DNA of 64,000 bases from Dehalococcoidia bacterium (GCA_965207225.1 CBDBLV010000004.1:64001-128000); one strand, 5' to 3'; counted from the stretch's first letter, positions 37,232 to 47,181 are shown. Translations and numbers: made by a program. Notes: generated by a model from the letters alone, not told the origin.

Positions 37232-38434
37232 ATGGACCAAGTCGAATACCTGCGGCAGCTCCGGAGCGGTCCGATAGAGAAGGAGCTTCCATTCACGCAA
37301 GAGGAGTACGACGCTCGGGTCAACAAGGTAAGGGCCGAGATGGCGGCGGACGGGCTGGATGGGTTGATCGTGATGTCGCCGGCGAACCTACACTATCTTT
37401 CGGGGTACTACACGTTCTCGGTCTCCAACCTGACTGCGCTGGTGCTGCCGACTGAGGGTGAGGCGGGTGTGGTGACGGCATCGTGCGAGATCCCGGCAGC
37501 GGTGCTGTCGGGATGGGTGGAGGACGTGGTGAGCTTTGCCTGGGACGAGGGAGGCCTGGTGGCGTCCAAGGTGGCGGCGATGCTCGAAACTCGGGGGTTA
37601 GGGGACAAGCGTATAGGTATAGAGATGGACCGTGGAGGACCGGTACCGGAACTGGTTGCAGAGCTGGGGCGGATTATGCCCAATATGTCGATAGTGGATG
37701 CATCAGACCTGGTGACTAGGGTGAAGAAGATCAAGTCGGCGAAGGAACTGGAATACATGCGGGAGGCGGGGAGGATGTCGGTTGCGGGGGCTAATGCGTC
37801 ACTTCAAGCGATCGGGCCCGGGGTGACGGACAACGAGCTGGCGCAGGTGGGATATTCAACGATAATCGGGGCGGGGAGTGAATTTATGTCAACTGACCCG
37901 ATAGTGACGACCGGGGCTCGGGCGAGCTGGCACCATACAACGTTTCGCAGGCTGCCGTTGAATCAGGGTGACGTGGCTTTCCTGGAATACAGCGGCTGTT
38001 ACCACAGGTACAACGCCCCGATCATGAGGACGGGGGTGCTGGGCGAGCCTTCGGGTGACGTGCGCAGGATAGCGGATGCGGTGGAGAGGACGCTCAACCT
38101 GGTGATAGAGAATGCGAAGGGCGGCCGGACCTCCCACGACGTGGCCCTGGCTGTGCACAAAGGTTATGCAGGGATGGAAGATGAGATGTGGTTTATGGGG
38201 ATATGCGGGTACAGCGTCGGGGTCGGGTTCCCGCCGACGTGGGCGGACGGGGCGGCGTTCATAGCCGAGGGGAACGATACGGTGCTGGAGCCGGGCATGA
38301 CGTTCCACTTGCCGATCATGTTTCGGGTGCCGCGGAAGTTCGGGGTGGGGATGAGTGAGACGATTGCGATAACGGAGGATGGGTGCGATGTGCTCACGGA
38401 AGAGAGTCGGGGGTTGTACGTGGGTGGGGTGTAA
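37232..38434 (+). CDS. M24 pita-bread-fold hydrolase (creatinase/ectoine hydrolase-like)
   Basis: PFT.EEY..R..KVR..M, NLHYLSGY, KSAKE, GYSVGVGFPP.W, PGMTFHL. GAGGAG SD before ATG 37232. Confidence 0.85.
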   Translation: MDQVEYLRQLRSGPIEKELPFTQEEYDARVNKVRAEMAADGLDGLIVMSPANLHYLSGYYTFSVSNLTALVLPTEGEAGVVTASCEIPAAVLSGWVEDVVSFAWDEGGLVASKVAAMLETRGLGDKRIGIEMDRGGPVPELVAELGRIMPNMSIVDASDLVTRVKKIKSAKELEYMREAGRMSVAGANASLQAIGPGVTDNELAQVGYSTIIGAGSEFMSTDPIVTTGARASWHHTTFRRLPLNQGDVAFLEYSGCYHRYNAPIMRTGVLGEPSGDVRRIADAVERTLNLVIENAKGGRTSHDVALAVHKGYAGMEDEMWFMGICGYSVGVGFPPTWADGAAFIAEGNDTVLEPGMTFHLPIMFRVPRKFGVGMSETIAITEDGCDVLTEESRGLYVGGV

Positions 38435-38461
38435 GGGCGCCTTAGGAGCGGACATCTCCCC

Positions 38462-38537
38462 CCGCTCGTACTTCGAGAGCCTCAGCACGAGCGACCCCAT
38501 CCTGGGGATGGATTCCCGATCGGAGTCGGGAATGACG
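38462..38537 (+). repeat. REP-like family C plus family B between convergent genes
   Basis: CCGCTCGTACTTCGAGAGCCTCAGCACGAGCG; GGATTCCCGATCGGAGTCGGGAATGAC. Confidence 0.78.
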
Positions 38538-38548
38538 GAGTAAAGTAG

Positions 38549-39313
38549 CTATTGGGCGGTCCAGCCTCCGTCAACGGGCATGGCGTGGCCGGTGACGAAG
38601 GATGCGGCGTCGGAGCAGAGCCAGACTACGGTCTCGCCGATCTCTTCGGGTCGGCCCATTCGCCCGGAGGGTGACAGGCCGGTGACCCAGGGCTCGAGGC
38701 CCGGGTCTTCATCCATCAGCTTTCTCACGGAGGTGGTGGGGACGTGGGCGGGGCAGATGGCGTTGACGCGGATACCCTGGTCGGCGTATTCGAGGGCGGC
38801 GGCCCTGGTCAGCCCGACCACGCCGTGCTTGGCGGCGACGTAGGCGGCGGTCCCGACGGCCCCGGCGATACCGTAGATGGACGAAGTGTTGACTATGGCG
38901 CCGGCGCCCTGCTCGAGCATTATGGAGATCTCTCGCCTCATGCAGTACCAGATGCTGTTGAGGTTGATCTCGACAACGTGAAGCCAGTCCTCGACGCGGT
39001 ACTGGTGGGTCATGGGTCGGCCCATGCCGCCGCCACCGCCGGCGTTGTTGTGAGCGCAGTCAAGGCGGCCGTAGAGTTCGATAGTCTTCTGGACCAGGGC
39101 GTCGACCTGCTCGACGCTAGTGACGTCGCAGGGGACAAAGGTAGCTTCGCCGCCGGACTCACGTATCAGGGCGACGGTTTGTGAACCGCCGACCTCGTCG
39201 ATGTCGGAAACGACGACCCTTGCACCTTCACGGGCAAAGGCCCGGGCGGAGGCGCGGCCAAGGCCATCGCCTGCTCCGGTGACGAGGGCGACTTTGTTCT
39301 GCATTGCTCCCAC
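38549..39313 (-). CDS. SDR family oxidoreductase
   Basis: TGAGDGLG, NNAG, YVAAK, IRVNAICP, VDGG. Confidence 0.93.
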   Translation of the reverse strand: MGAMQNKVALVTGAGDGLGRASARAFAREGARVVVSDIDEVGGSQTVALIRESGGEATFVPCDVTSVEQVDALVQKTIELYGRLDCAHNNAGGGGGMGRPMTHQYRVEDWLHVVEINLNSIWYCMRREISIMLEQGAGAIVNTSSIYGIAGAVGTAAYVAAKHGVVGLTRAAALEYADQGIRVNAICPAHVPTTSVRKLMDEDPGLEPWVTGLSPSGRMGRPEEIGETVVWLCSDAASFVTGHAMPVDGGWTAQ

Positions 39314-39349
39314 GAATCCAGTCCTCCCGGCTAGTCTATTCGAAGATGT

Positions 39350-40672
39350 TCAACCAGTCGAGTAGGATCGTTCCTTCAGGGAGTTGATGAGCTCCGGTCG
39401 GTGGTCGGGGTGGGCGATGTTGATTAGGGCCTGAGCGCGCTGGGTGTTGGTCTTACCGAGGAGGGCGGCGACACCGTACTCGGTGACTACGTAGTCGGCG
39501 AAGCTGCGGGGGATGGTGACAGAGGCCCCAGCGTCGAAATGATGCAAGATCCTTGATAGGCCGTCGGGGGTGGTGGAGCGGAGGACTGTGATGGAGCGAC
39601 CTCCCCTGGAAGCGAGGGCCCCGATGACGAACTCCTGCTGGCCACCGGGGCCGTTGATGGGCCGGGGGCCGGGGGCGGACTCGACGTTGATCTGGCCTGT
39701 GAGGTCGACGGAGGCGGCGCCGTTGAAGGCGACCATGTTGTCGTGAGCGGAGATTACGCTTAGGTCGTTGGTGTAGTCGACGTCCCGGACCTCTACCTTG
39801 GGATTGTCTGCGGCGAGGTCCATCTCCTCACCCGCTCCGGCGAGGGCCGAGGTGACAGCGATGCCCCTGTTGAGGGTCTTCCGGCTACCGTTGATGACGC
39901 CTTCTTCTATGAGGGGCAGAATCCCAGGGCACATCACCTCGCTATGGATGCCGAGGTCGGACTTGTTGTCGAACAGCCCGGCCCGGGGGAGGGACATGCC
40001 GACGCGGCCCCAACCTATCTGGATGGTGTCGCCGTCGCGGAGGAGGGTGTTGGCGTGGCGGGCGATTTCTCGGACAAGGTTGTCGGGGGGCGGGACGGAG
40101 TGGTAGAGGACGGGGCCGGTGTCGGGGTTGAGGACGAAGTAGTCGATGTCGGAGACGTGGATGGAGTTGGTGCCGAAGGTGCGGAAGGTGCGGGGGTCGA
40201 CCTCGGCGATTACGAGCCGAGCGGCGGAGGCGTAGGAGCGCTTGTTCCAGAGGCTGTGGCCGAAGCTGCAGAAGCCGTTTTGGTCGGGAGGGGAGACGAC
40301 GGTGAAGAAGATGTCGGGGCGGTGGTCTTCCAGGCCGCGCTCCTGGACGTTCTTGAACATGAGGGTGAAGAGGGCGGGCATGTAGTCGGCGCGTCCGTCC
40401 TCGAGGAAGGGACGGTAGGTATAGCGGTAGGAGTTCTGGACCTGAACGTTGAAGGCAGGGGCGATGCCGGGGTCGAACCAGCCGAGCTCGTTGGCGGGGC
40501 CTGCGCAGAGGATGGTTACGTTCTCGATATCGCCAGCCCGGGCCTGGAGGGCGGAGGAGAGGAGTCGGGGCTCTTCGCCGAGGGTGATGACGACTCGGTC
40601 GCCGGATTTGACGTGGGAGACGGCTTGTTCAAGGGATACCGTGCGGGAACGGTAGTGGTCGGGCCAGCCCAT
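39350..40672 (-). CDS. Acetyl-CoA hydrolase/transferase (4-hydroxybutyrate CoA-transferase-like)
   Basis: VSPPD..GFCSFG, DGDTIQIG, LGIHSE, DLTGQ, GGQ.EF, VVTEYGVA.L, IAHPDHR. Confidence 0.9.
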   Translation of the reverse strand: MGWPDHYRSRTVSLEQAVSHVKSGDRVVITLGEEPRLLSSALQARAGDIENVTILCAGPANELGWFDPGIAPAFNVQVQNSYRYTYRPFLEDGRADYMPALFTLMFKNVQERGLEDHRPDIFFTVVSPPDQNGFCSFGHSLWNKRSYASAARLVIAEVDPRTFRTFGTNSIHVSDIDYFVLNPDTGPVLYHSVPPPDNLVREIARHANTLLRDGDTIQIGWGRVGMSLPRAGLFDNKSDLGIHSEVMCPGILPLIEEGVINGSRKTLNRGIAVTSALAGAGEEMDLAADNPKVEVRDVDYTNDLSVISAHDNMVAFNGAASVDLTGQINVESAPGPRPINGPGGQQEFVIGALASRGGRSITVLRSTTPDGLSRILHHFDAGASVTIPRSFADYVVTEYGVAALLGKTNTQRAQALINIAHPDHRPELINSLKERSYSTG

Positions 40673-40692
40673 GTGCTGAACCCCCTTGGAGG

Positions 40693-41841
40693 CTAGGCTG
40701 CTACGGTGGCTTTTGCCAGCTTTTGGACGATTAGCCTTTTGAGGTCGGGGAGGCCGGTGGAGCGGAGGGCGGAGATGGCGACCATGTCCTCGGGCATGTC
40801 GAGCCAGTCGGGACCCGGGGTACCGTTGGTGGGGCCGTGGCCGTTGGATGGGAGGAGATCCATTTTGTTAAGGACTACGATGGAGGGTTTCTTTGATAGT
40901 CCAAGCTCGTCTAGGATACGGTGGACTTCTTCGACGTGCTCGGGGGCGTTGGGGTGAACGACGTCTACAACATGGAGGAGGAGATCGGCGTCGGTTAGCT
41001 CTTCCAGGGTGGCCCGGAAGGCGGCGACGAGGATTGCGGGGAGTTTCTGGATGAAGCCCACGGTATCGGTGAGGAGGACGGGGCCTATGGGGTCGATGTG
41101 CCAACGTCGGGTGACGGGGTCCAGGGTGGCGAAGAGCTTGTCTGCAGCGAGGACTCCGGCGCCGGTCAGGGTGTTAAGGAGTGTGCTCTTGCCGGAGTTG
41201 GTATAGCCGACGAGGGCCACGACGGGCAGGCCGCGCCTGCGCCGGTCCTCCCGGTAGAGGTTGCGGTGGGTCCTGACGTCCTCGATTTCCTGCTTCAGTC
41301 GATGGATCTTTGCGCGGACGAGGCGGCGGTCGGTCTCGAGCTGGGACTCACCCGGGCCCCGGGTGCCGATGCCACCGCCGAGCCTCTCCAGGTGTTTCCA
41401 CTGACCTGCGAGCCTCGGGAGGAGGTATTCGTGCTGGGCAAGTTCAACCTGAAGCCGGCCTTCCCGGGTCCGGGCGCGGTCGGCGAAGACATCGAGGATG
41501 AGGGCGGTGCGGTCGATTACCTTAACTTTGAGCTTGTCTTCGAGGGCGCGCTGCTGGGAGGGTGAAAGCTCGTCATCGACGATGACGGTGCGGTAGTGAA
41601 GTTCACCCTTGAGGGCCTTGACCTCTTCGATCTTGCCCTTGCCGAGGTAGGTCTGAACGGGCCGGGGGAGCTGTTGGGAAACGATTCCCACCACCTCTGC
41701 GCCGGCGCTTTTGGAGAGTTGGGCAAGTTCGTCAAGGGAGTCCTGGAGGCGCCACAAGCTGTCGGCGCCCTTGACGGCTGATCCGATGAGGAGGGCTTTC
41801 TCGGGGGTGGGGTGGGTGGATATGGATATGGTGCGGCCTAT
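40693..41841 (-). CDS. hflX: GTPase HflX (probable ATA start at 41841; first canonical start is TTG 41757)
   Basis: DRTALILDVF, GIGTRGPGE, VGYTNSGKST, LFATLD, DTVGF, NKMD. The N-terminal EKALLIG strand lies upstream of the TTG. Confidence 0.92.
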   Translation of the reverse strand: MGRTISISTHPTPEKALLIGSAVKGADSLWRLQDSLDELAQLSKSAGAEVVGIVSQQLPRPVQTYLGKGKIEEVKALKGELHYRTVIVDDELSPSQQRALEDKLKVKVIDRTALILDVFADRARTREGRLQVELAQHEYLLPRLAGQWKHLERLGGGIGTRGPGESQLETDRRLVRAKIHRLKQEIEDVRTHRNLYREDRRRRGLPVVALVGYTNSGKSTLLNTLTGAGVLAADKLFATLDPVTRRWHIDPIGPVLLTDTVGFIQKLPAILVAAFRATLEELTDADLLLHVVDVVHPNAPEHVEEVHRILDELGLSKKPSIVVLNKMDLLPSNGHGPTNGTPGPDWLDMPEDMVAISALRSTGLPDLKRLIVQKLAKATVAA

Positions 41842-42134
41842 GGGTGCCTCCCCTGCATTGAGGTAAGGGACTCACGGGAACCGGAAAGAACCAGCTTTTT
41901 TTCTAGTCGGTCGAGTTGGCGCATGTGGCGAGCAAACATACGCTGGTGGATTCTGTGTTCCTTGAATACCATCTGATCATGGGCCCGGGCCATGTCAAGC
42001 TCTTCCTGGGAGATAAATACACCCATGCAGGTGCGGGCCCACTGCTCATGCCTGGTTTCGACTTCTTCTATTAGACGCCGCAGTGCCTTCTTGCGGGCCT
42101 GTACGTATCCATATGTGCCTTGAGGAGTCATCAT
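41838..42134 (-). CDS. Hypothetical 98-aa helical protein
   Basis: ORF fills the dapL-hflX gap and its stop overlaps the proposed hflX start; no recognisable motif. Confidence 0.5.
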   Translation of the reverse strand: MMTPQGTYGYVQARKKALRRLIEEVETRHEQWARTCMGVFISQEELDMARAHDQMVFKEHRIHQRMFARHMRQLDRLEKKLVLSGSRESLTSMQGRHP

Positions 42135-42201
42135 CTATAGTTCAGTGAACTAACTGCCACAGGGTTTTCCCGCGGGCAAGTAGGTTCGTGAGACCCTGAG
42201 A

Positions 42202-43362
42202 TCAAGAGGCGAGGGACTCAATGCGGGCGAGGGCTTCGTCTATGCGGTCGTCGGGGAGGGAGAAGGAGAGGCGGATGTAGCCCTCGCCCTGCTGCCCGTA
42301 GCCCGAGCCGGGGGTGACGACGACGGCAACTTCGTCGATGAGTTTGGAGCAGTACTCGGCGGAGGTGTAGCCCTCGGGGACCCGGGCCCAGATGTAGAAG
42401 CTGGCCTGGGGGACCTGGACCCGGAGGCCGAGCTTGGCAAGACCGGCGACGAGCTTGTCGCGGCGGCGCTGGTAGATGGCCACGTTCTCCTCGACGCAGT
42501 CCTGGGGGCCTTCAAGGGCCTCGAGGGCCATGTACTGGATGGCCTGGGGCAGGCCGGAGTCCATGTTGGATTTGACGGTGTTAAGGGCGTTGATCAGCTC
42601 GGCGTTGCCGACGGCCATAGCGACTCGCCAGCCGGTCATGTTGTAGGTCTTGGAGAAGGAGTGGAACTCAATTCCCACGTCCTTGGCGCCAGGAGCTTCC
42701 AAGAAGCTGTGGGGCCGGTAGCCTTCGAAGCCGATCTCGCTGTAAGGGGCATCGTTGCAGACCGCAATGTCGTGCTTCTTGGCGAAGTCGACGACCTGGG
42801 AGTAGAAGTCAACGCCGGCCACTGCGCCGGTAGGGTTGTTGGGGTAGTTAATCCAGAGCACCCTGGCCCGGTCCATAATGTGGGAGGGGATGTCTTCCAG
42901 GTCGGGGAGGTAGCCGTTCTCCTCCATGAGAGGCACGGGATAGCTCTCTCCGCCTGCAAAGAGGGTGCCCATGGAGTAGACGGGGTATGCGGGGTCGGGG
43001 ACGAGGGCGATATCGCCGGGGTCGATGAGGCAGAAGGCGACGTGGGCGATACCCTCCTTGGACCCAATTAGCGAGATAACTTCGGAGTTGGGGTCGAGAT
43101 CGACGTCGAACCTGGACTTGTACCAGTCGGCGACGCCCTTGCGGAATTCGGGGAGGCCGTCGGACTCGGGATAGCGGTGGTTGGCCGGGACCTGGCTTTC
43201 CTTGTGCAGGCGTTCAAGCAGGTGGGGCGGGGTGGGGAGGTCGGGGTCACCGATGGCGAAGCTTATGACATCGTGGCCTTCAGCCTTTTTCTGGGCGATC
43301 TTCTGGTTTATGGCGACGAAGAGGTAGGGGGGTATGGCGTCGAGGCGCTTGGCGATTCTCAA
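42202..43362 (-). CDS. dapL: LL-diaminopimelate aminotransferase
   Basis: IPPYLF, IGDPD, LIGSKEG, NYPNNPTGA, SFSKTYNMTGWR; adjacent to dapF. Confidence 0.9.
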   Translation of the reverse strand: MRIAKRLDAIPPYLFVAINQKIAQKKAEGHDVISFAIGDPDLPTPPHLLERLHKESQVPANHRYPESDGLPEFRKGVADWYKSRFDVDLDPNSEVISLIGSKEGIAHVAFCLIDPGDIALVPDPAYPVYSMGTLFAGGESYPVPLMEENGYLPDLEDIPSHIMDRARVLWINYPNNPTGAVAGVDFYSQVVDFAKKHDIAVCNDAPYSEIGFEGYRPHSFLEAPGAKDVGIEFHSFSKTYNMTGWRVAMAVGNAELINALNTVKSNMDSGLPQAIQYMALEALEGPQDCVEENVAIYQRRRDKLVAGLAKLGLRVQVPQASFYIWARVPEGYTSAEYCSKLIDEVAVVVTPGSGYGQQGEGYIRLSFSLPDDRIDEALARIESLAS

Positions 43363-43379
43363 TCCTGTCTCCTTTGGAA

Positions 43380-44240
43380 TCAGTTGTAGTTGGGCTCTTC
43401 CCAGACGCCGGTGAAGACGTATTCGGCGGGGCCGGAAAGATAAACGTTGCCCTCTCCTTCCCAGTCGATGACGAGAGTGCCGCCGGGAAGCGTGACGTTG
43501 GTACGGTTATCGGCGGGGCCGTGGAGCCGAGAGGCGACGCCGATGGCACATGCGCCGGTGCCGCAGGCAAGGGTCTCGCCGACACCGCGCTCCCAGACCC
43601 GGGCCTTTACCTGGCCCTTTTCGATTATGTTAACTATTTCGAAATTGACCCGGGCGGGGAAGAAGGGGTGGTGTTCCATTCGAGGCCCGACATCGTGGAG
43701 GGGAAACTCATCGACGGGGGTGTCGGTGAAGTGGACGGCGTGGGGGTTGCCCATAGAAACGCAAGTGACGGACACGGTGCGGTCTCCCAGTTCGACAGGG
43801 TAGTCCTTGACGATATCCGGGCCCTCATCAAGGGCGACCGGGACATCGGAGGGCCGGAGGCGGGCGGGGCCCATGGAGGCACGGACTGAGGAGACACTGC
43901 CGTTATTTCGGAACAGCTCTATCTCGCCCACTGCACCCAAGGTCTGGACTACGAGCCGATCCTGAGGGGCTGAAACCACGCCTTGCTCGACTACGTACTT
44001 GGAGAACATACGGATACCGTTTCCGCAGGCCTCGGCCTCCGAGCCGTCAGGGTTGTAGATTTGCATACGGCAATCGGCGACATCCGAGTCACGGATGAGG
44101 AGGATGCCGTCGCCGCCGACGCCGAAGTGCCGGTCGCAGATATCAACGGCCAGTCGGGACCAGTCCTTTTCGACTTCTCGGGCGTCGATGAGGATGTAGT
44201 CGTTGCCGATGCCGTGCATCTTAGTAAAGTTTATGGTCAT
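43380..44240 (-). CDS. dapF: Diaminopimelate epimerase
   Basis: FTKMHGIGND, EACGNG, SMGNPH, ERGVGETLACGTG. Confidence 0.97.
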   Translation of the reverse strand: MTINFTKMHGIGNDYILIDAREVEKDWSRLAVDICDRHFGVGGDGILLIRDSDVADCRMQIYNPDGSEAEACGNGIRMFSKYVVEQGVVSAPQDRLVVQTLGAVGEIELFRNNGSVSSVRASMGPARLRPSDVPVALDEGPDIVKDYPVELGDRTVSVTCVSMGNPHAVHFTDTPVDEFPLHDVGPRMEHHPFFPARVNFEIVNIIEKGQVKARVWERGVGETLACGTGACAIGVASRLHGPADNRTNVTLPGGTLVIDWEGEGNVYLSGPAEYVFTGVWEEPNYN

Positions 44241-44243
44241 GGC

Positions 44244-45170
44244 TTACTCTTGTGTCTCCGATACAAACCCGGTCACCAGTTTGGTTACCTGATCGACGTA
44301 GTTTTCGCTTATATCATACCAGTTGATCCTGTGATCACCGGCCTTGAACCAGGCGGCTTGATGGCGGATAAGGCGATGGGTCTCGGTCTTTGTTTTCTCG
44401 GTTGCCTCTTCGAGGGTTGATTCGCCGCTCAGGTACGAACCAAGCTGTTTATAACCCACTCCCGACATTGAAGGCAAGTCGAGGCTGTAACCGCGCATGA
44501 GCAGGTCGCTGACCTCGTCCACGAAGCCTGCTTCGATCATGGCGTCGACACGGGCATCGGAGCGTCGGTGGAGGAGGTCCCGGGGGGCGGTGAGGCCGAT
44601 TATGAGAGTGGGATAGTCGAGGCCTTTCTTACTCACCTGTTTGGAGAAGGGGATGCCGGAGATTTCGAAGACTTCCAGGGCTCGGATGACGCGGCGGACG
44701 TTGCGGGCATCTATGGTAGCTGCGGCGTCGGGATCCACGGCGTTGAGCCGGTCGTGGAGAGCCCGGTTTCCGAGTGTCGCGGCTTCATTTTCGAGGCGGG
44801 CGCGGAGGTTGGGGTTGGGGGGGACGTGGGGGATGGACATGCCTTCTAGGAGGCCCCAGACGTAGAGGCCGCTGCCGCCAACGAGAACGGGAAGCTTGTT
44901 CCGGGACTGGATGTCTTCAACGACGGCGTGGGCGCTTTCCAGGTAGAGGGCGAGGTTGAACTGCTCGTCGGGGTCTATGAGGTTGTAGAGGTGGTGGGGG
45001 ACTCGGGCGAGGTCCTCGGGAGGGGGCTTGGCGGTGCCGATGTCCATGTGGCGGTAGACCTGCCGGCTATCGGCGTTGATTATTTCGCCGGGGAGGGTCT
45101 CGGCGAGGTGCAGCGCCAGGGCGCTCTTGCCCGTGGCGGTGGGCCCGACTATGGCGACAAGACCGGGCAA
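44244..45170 (-). CDS. miaA: tRNA dimethylallyltransferase
   Basis: GPTATGKS, DSRQVY, DIGTAKP, VGGSGLY, RRVIRALE. Confidence 0.97.
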   Translation of the reverse strand: MPGLVAIVGPTATGKSALALHLAETLPGEIINADSRQVYRHMDIGTAKPPPEDLARVPHHLYNLIDPDEQFNLALYLESAHAVVEDIQSRNKLPVLVGGSGLYVWGLLEGMSIPHVPPNPNLRARLENEAATLGNRALHDRLNAVDPDAAATIDARNVRRVIRALEVFEISGIPFSKQVSKKGLDYPTLIIGLTAPRDLLHRRSDARVDAMIEAGFVDEVSDLLMRGYSLDLPSMSGVGYKQLGSYLSGESTLEEATEKTKTETHRLIRHQAAWFKAGDHRINWYDISENYVDQVTKLVTGFVSETQE

Positions 45171-45172
45171 GG

Positions 45173-45937
45173 TCAGCCTGGGCGGGAGGTGGCGGTGACT
45201 ATGCCGGTGAAGTCATCGGGGTCGAGGCTAGCACCGCCGACAAGAGCGCCGTCAATCCCGGGAGAGGAGATGAAGTCGGCGATGTTGGAGGACTTGACGC
45301 TGCCGCCGTAGAGAATTCGGGCGCTCTGGGCGGCCGTCTTGCCAAGTTTCTCGGAGATTGTGCGGCGGATTAAGGATATGGCTTGCTCAGCGTCGGATGC
45401 GGACGCGGCTTTTCCGGTCCCGATGGCCCAGATAGGCTCGTAGGCAACGACAAAGTTGGCGTCCGCCGACACTTCGTGCAAGCCCCTCGTGACCTGCCGG
45501 GTGAGTACATCATCGGTAGTGCCCGATTCGCGTTGGTCAAGGCTTTCCCCGACGCACATGATTGGAGTCAGGCCGTGGGCCAGTGCAGCGTGGACTTTGC
45601 GGTTGACGAAGGCGTCGTCCTCTCCAAAGAGGGTGCGGCGCTCTGAGTGGCCAATGATGACGTAGTGACAGAGGCCTGAGAGCATGGTAGGGGAGATTTC
45701 GCCGGTGAAAGCGCCCCTGGGGTCGGGGTGGAGGTTCTGGGCCCCTAGCTTGAGGGTTGTGCCCTTGATGGCTTCACCTACGGTTGTGAGGGAGATGTAG
45801 GGAGGACAAAGGAGGGTTTCAACGTCAGAAATGCCGTTGAGGTTGGATGCCAGGGCCTCGGCGAGGGTGCGGGCTTCCTGGACAGTGGTGTTCATTTTCC
45901 AGTTGCCGGCGATCAGGGGGAGTCGGGTGGGGGGCAT
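45173..45937 (-). CDS. tpiA: Triosephosphate isomerase
   Basis: AGNWKMN, GHSERR, AYEPIWAIGTG, YGGSV, LVGGASL. Confidence 0.98.
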   Translation of the reverse strand: MPPTRLPLIAGNWKMNTTVQEARTLAEALASNLNGISDVETLLCPPYISLTTVGEAIKGTTLKLGAQNLHPDPRGAFTGEISPTMLSGLCHYVIIGHSERRTLFGEDDAFVNRKVHAALAHGLTPIMCVGESLDQRESGTTDDVLTRQVTRGLHEVSADANFVVAYEPIWAIGTGKAASASDAEQAISLIRRTISEKLGKTAAQSARILYGGSVKSSNIADFISSPGIDGALVGGASLDPDDFTGIVTATSRPG

Positions 45938-45957
45938 CGAGCTACTATCTCCGTGGG

Positions 45958-47178
45958 CTATGCACCGAATTTGATTAGCTTGCCGGCGTGGGCGAGGGCC
46001 AGGGGCATGACGTCGGTGGCGGGGAATTCACCGAGGACACCTTGGGCGCAGGCCCATTCGGTGAACTCGGTGACGGGGTCGGGTCGGGACCAGGGGGCCC
46101 ACATCATGAAGGGGACCGGGTGCCAGCTGTGGTTGGCCCAGGTGGCGGGCGTGGAGTGGTCACCGGCGACTAAAAAGACGTCGGGGTGGAGGTCGATGAT
46201 CTTCTTTAGCGGGACGTCAACCTCTTCCAGCGCTCTTACCTTGGCGTCAAAGTTGCCGTCTTCGCCTGCGGTGTCGGCGCCCTTGTAGTGGATGAAGAAG
46301 AAATCGTGGTTGTTGTAGTTGGCGATCATTGCGTCGACTACGTCGGCGAATCCGGGGCCCTTGGCCATGACCTTCATGCCAACGAGTCGTGCAAGGCCCC
46401 GGTACATGGGGTATGTGGCGATGCCGAGGGGGTTGAGCTTGTAGACCTCTGACATGGAGGGCATATCCGGGAGCTTGGAAAAACCGCGGAGGGTCACCAT
46501 GTTTGCGGGGCTTTCGGCGTCCTTGAGGACCTCTTTGATCTTGTCGACGGCGGCGTTGACGATGTCTGCGGTGGGTTGGGCGTCGGGGTGGGTGGGGCGG
46601 ACGGGAGGAGGAACAACGCCGTTGACCTGATCGTCGGTATCTGCGAGGTGTTCGCTGAGGCCTGGGCCCCGGAAGACGATTACGAAGCGGTGGGACTCGA
46701 CAGGGTGGACCTCAACCTTTGCACCTTCGACCTCAATGTTGTCCAGGAGACGGCATAGCTCCCGGGACTCGCTGGAGGCCAGGCGGCCGGCGCGGCGGTC
46801 AGTGATCACGCCGTCCTCGTCGACGGTGCAGAAGTTGCCACGTGCGGCAAGGTCGTCGGGGATGAGTTCCACTCCGATGCCGGCAGCCTCAAGGACACCG
46901 CGCTTTATGAGGTTGGTGACGGGGTCGTAGCCGAAGAGGGAGAGATGGCCGGGGCCGCTGCCAGGAATGATGCCCCGGGCCACGGGGATTGTGAGGCCGC
47001 ACATTGCTTGAGAGGCAATGTAGTCCAAATTGGGGGTGTTGGCAGTCTCCAGCTCGGCCTTGCCCGTATCGGGGTGGGGGAGTCCGCCGAGGCCGTCAAT
47101 GACGAGAAAGACGATCTTTGAGTCGGTGACACGGGAGACCTGGGAGATTAGCTGCTGGCTTCCGTTGAAGTTAACCAT
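45958..47178 (-). CDS. apgM: 2,3-BPG-independent phosphoglycerate mutase (archaeal-type ApgM)
   Basis: IDGLGG, PGSGPGHLSLFGYDP, DRRAGR, YPMYRGLA, GDHSTP, HSWHPVP. Confidence 0.92.
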   Translation of the reverse strand: MVNFNGSQQLISQVSRVTDSKIVFLVIDGLGGLPHPDTGKAELETANTPNLDYIASQAMCGLTIPVARGIIPGSGPGHLSLFGYDPVTNLIKRGVLEAAGIGVELIPDDLAARGNFCTVDEDGVITDRRAGRLASSESRELCRLLDNIEVEGAKVEVHPVESHRFVIVFRGPGLSEHLADTDDQVNGVVPPPVRPTHPDAQPTADIVNAAVDKIKEVLKDAESPANMVTLRGFSKLPDMPSMSEVYKLNPLGIATYPMYRGLARLVGMKVMAKGPGFADVVDAMIANYNNHDFFFIHYKGADTAGEDGNFDAKVRALEEVDVPLKKIIDLHPDVFLVAGDHSTPATWANHSWHPVPFMMWAPWSRPDPVTEFTEWACAQGVLGEFPATDVMPLALAHAGKLIKFGA

Positions 47179-47181
47179 TAA

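Noticed and set aside
37884-37894. Perfect XerD-like arm TTATGTCAACT
   Set aside because: It lies inside the M24 CDS (codons F-M-S-T) with no XerC-like partner arm, so it is probably chance.
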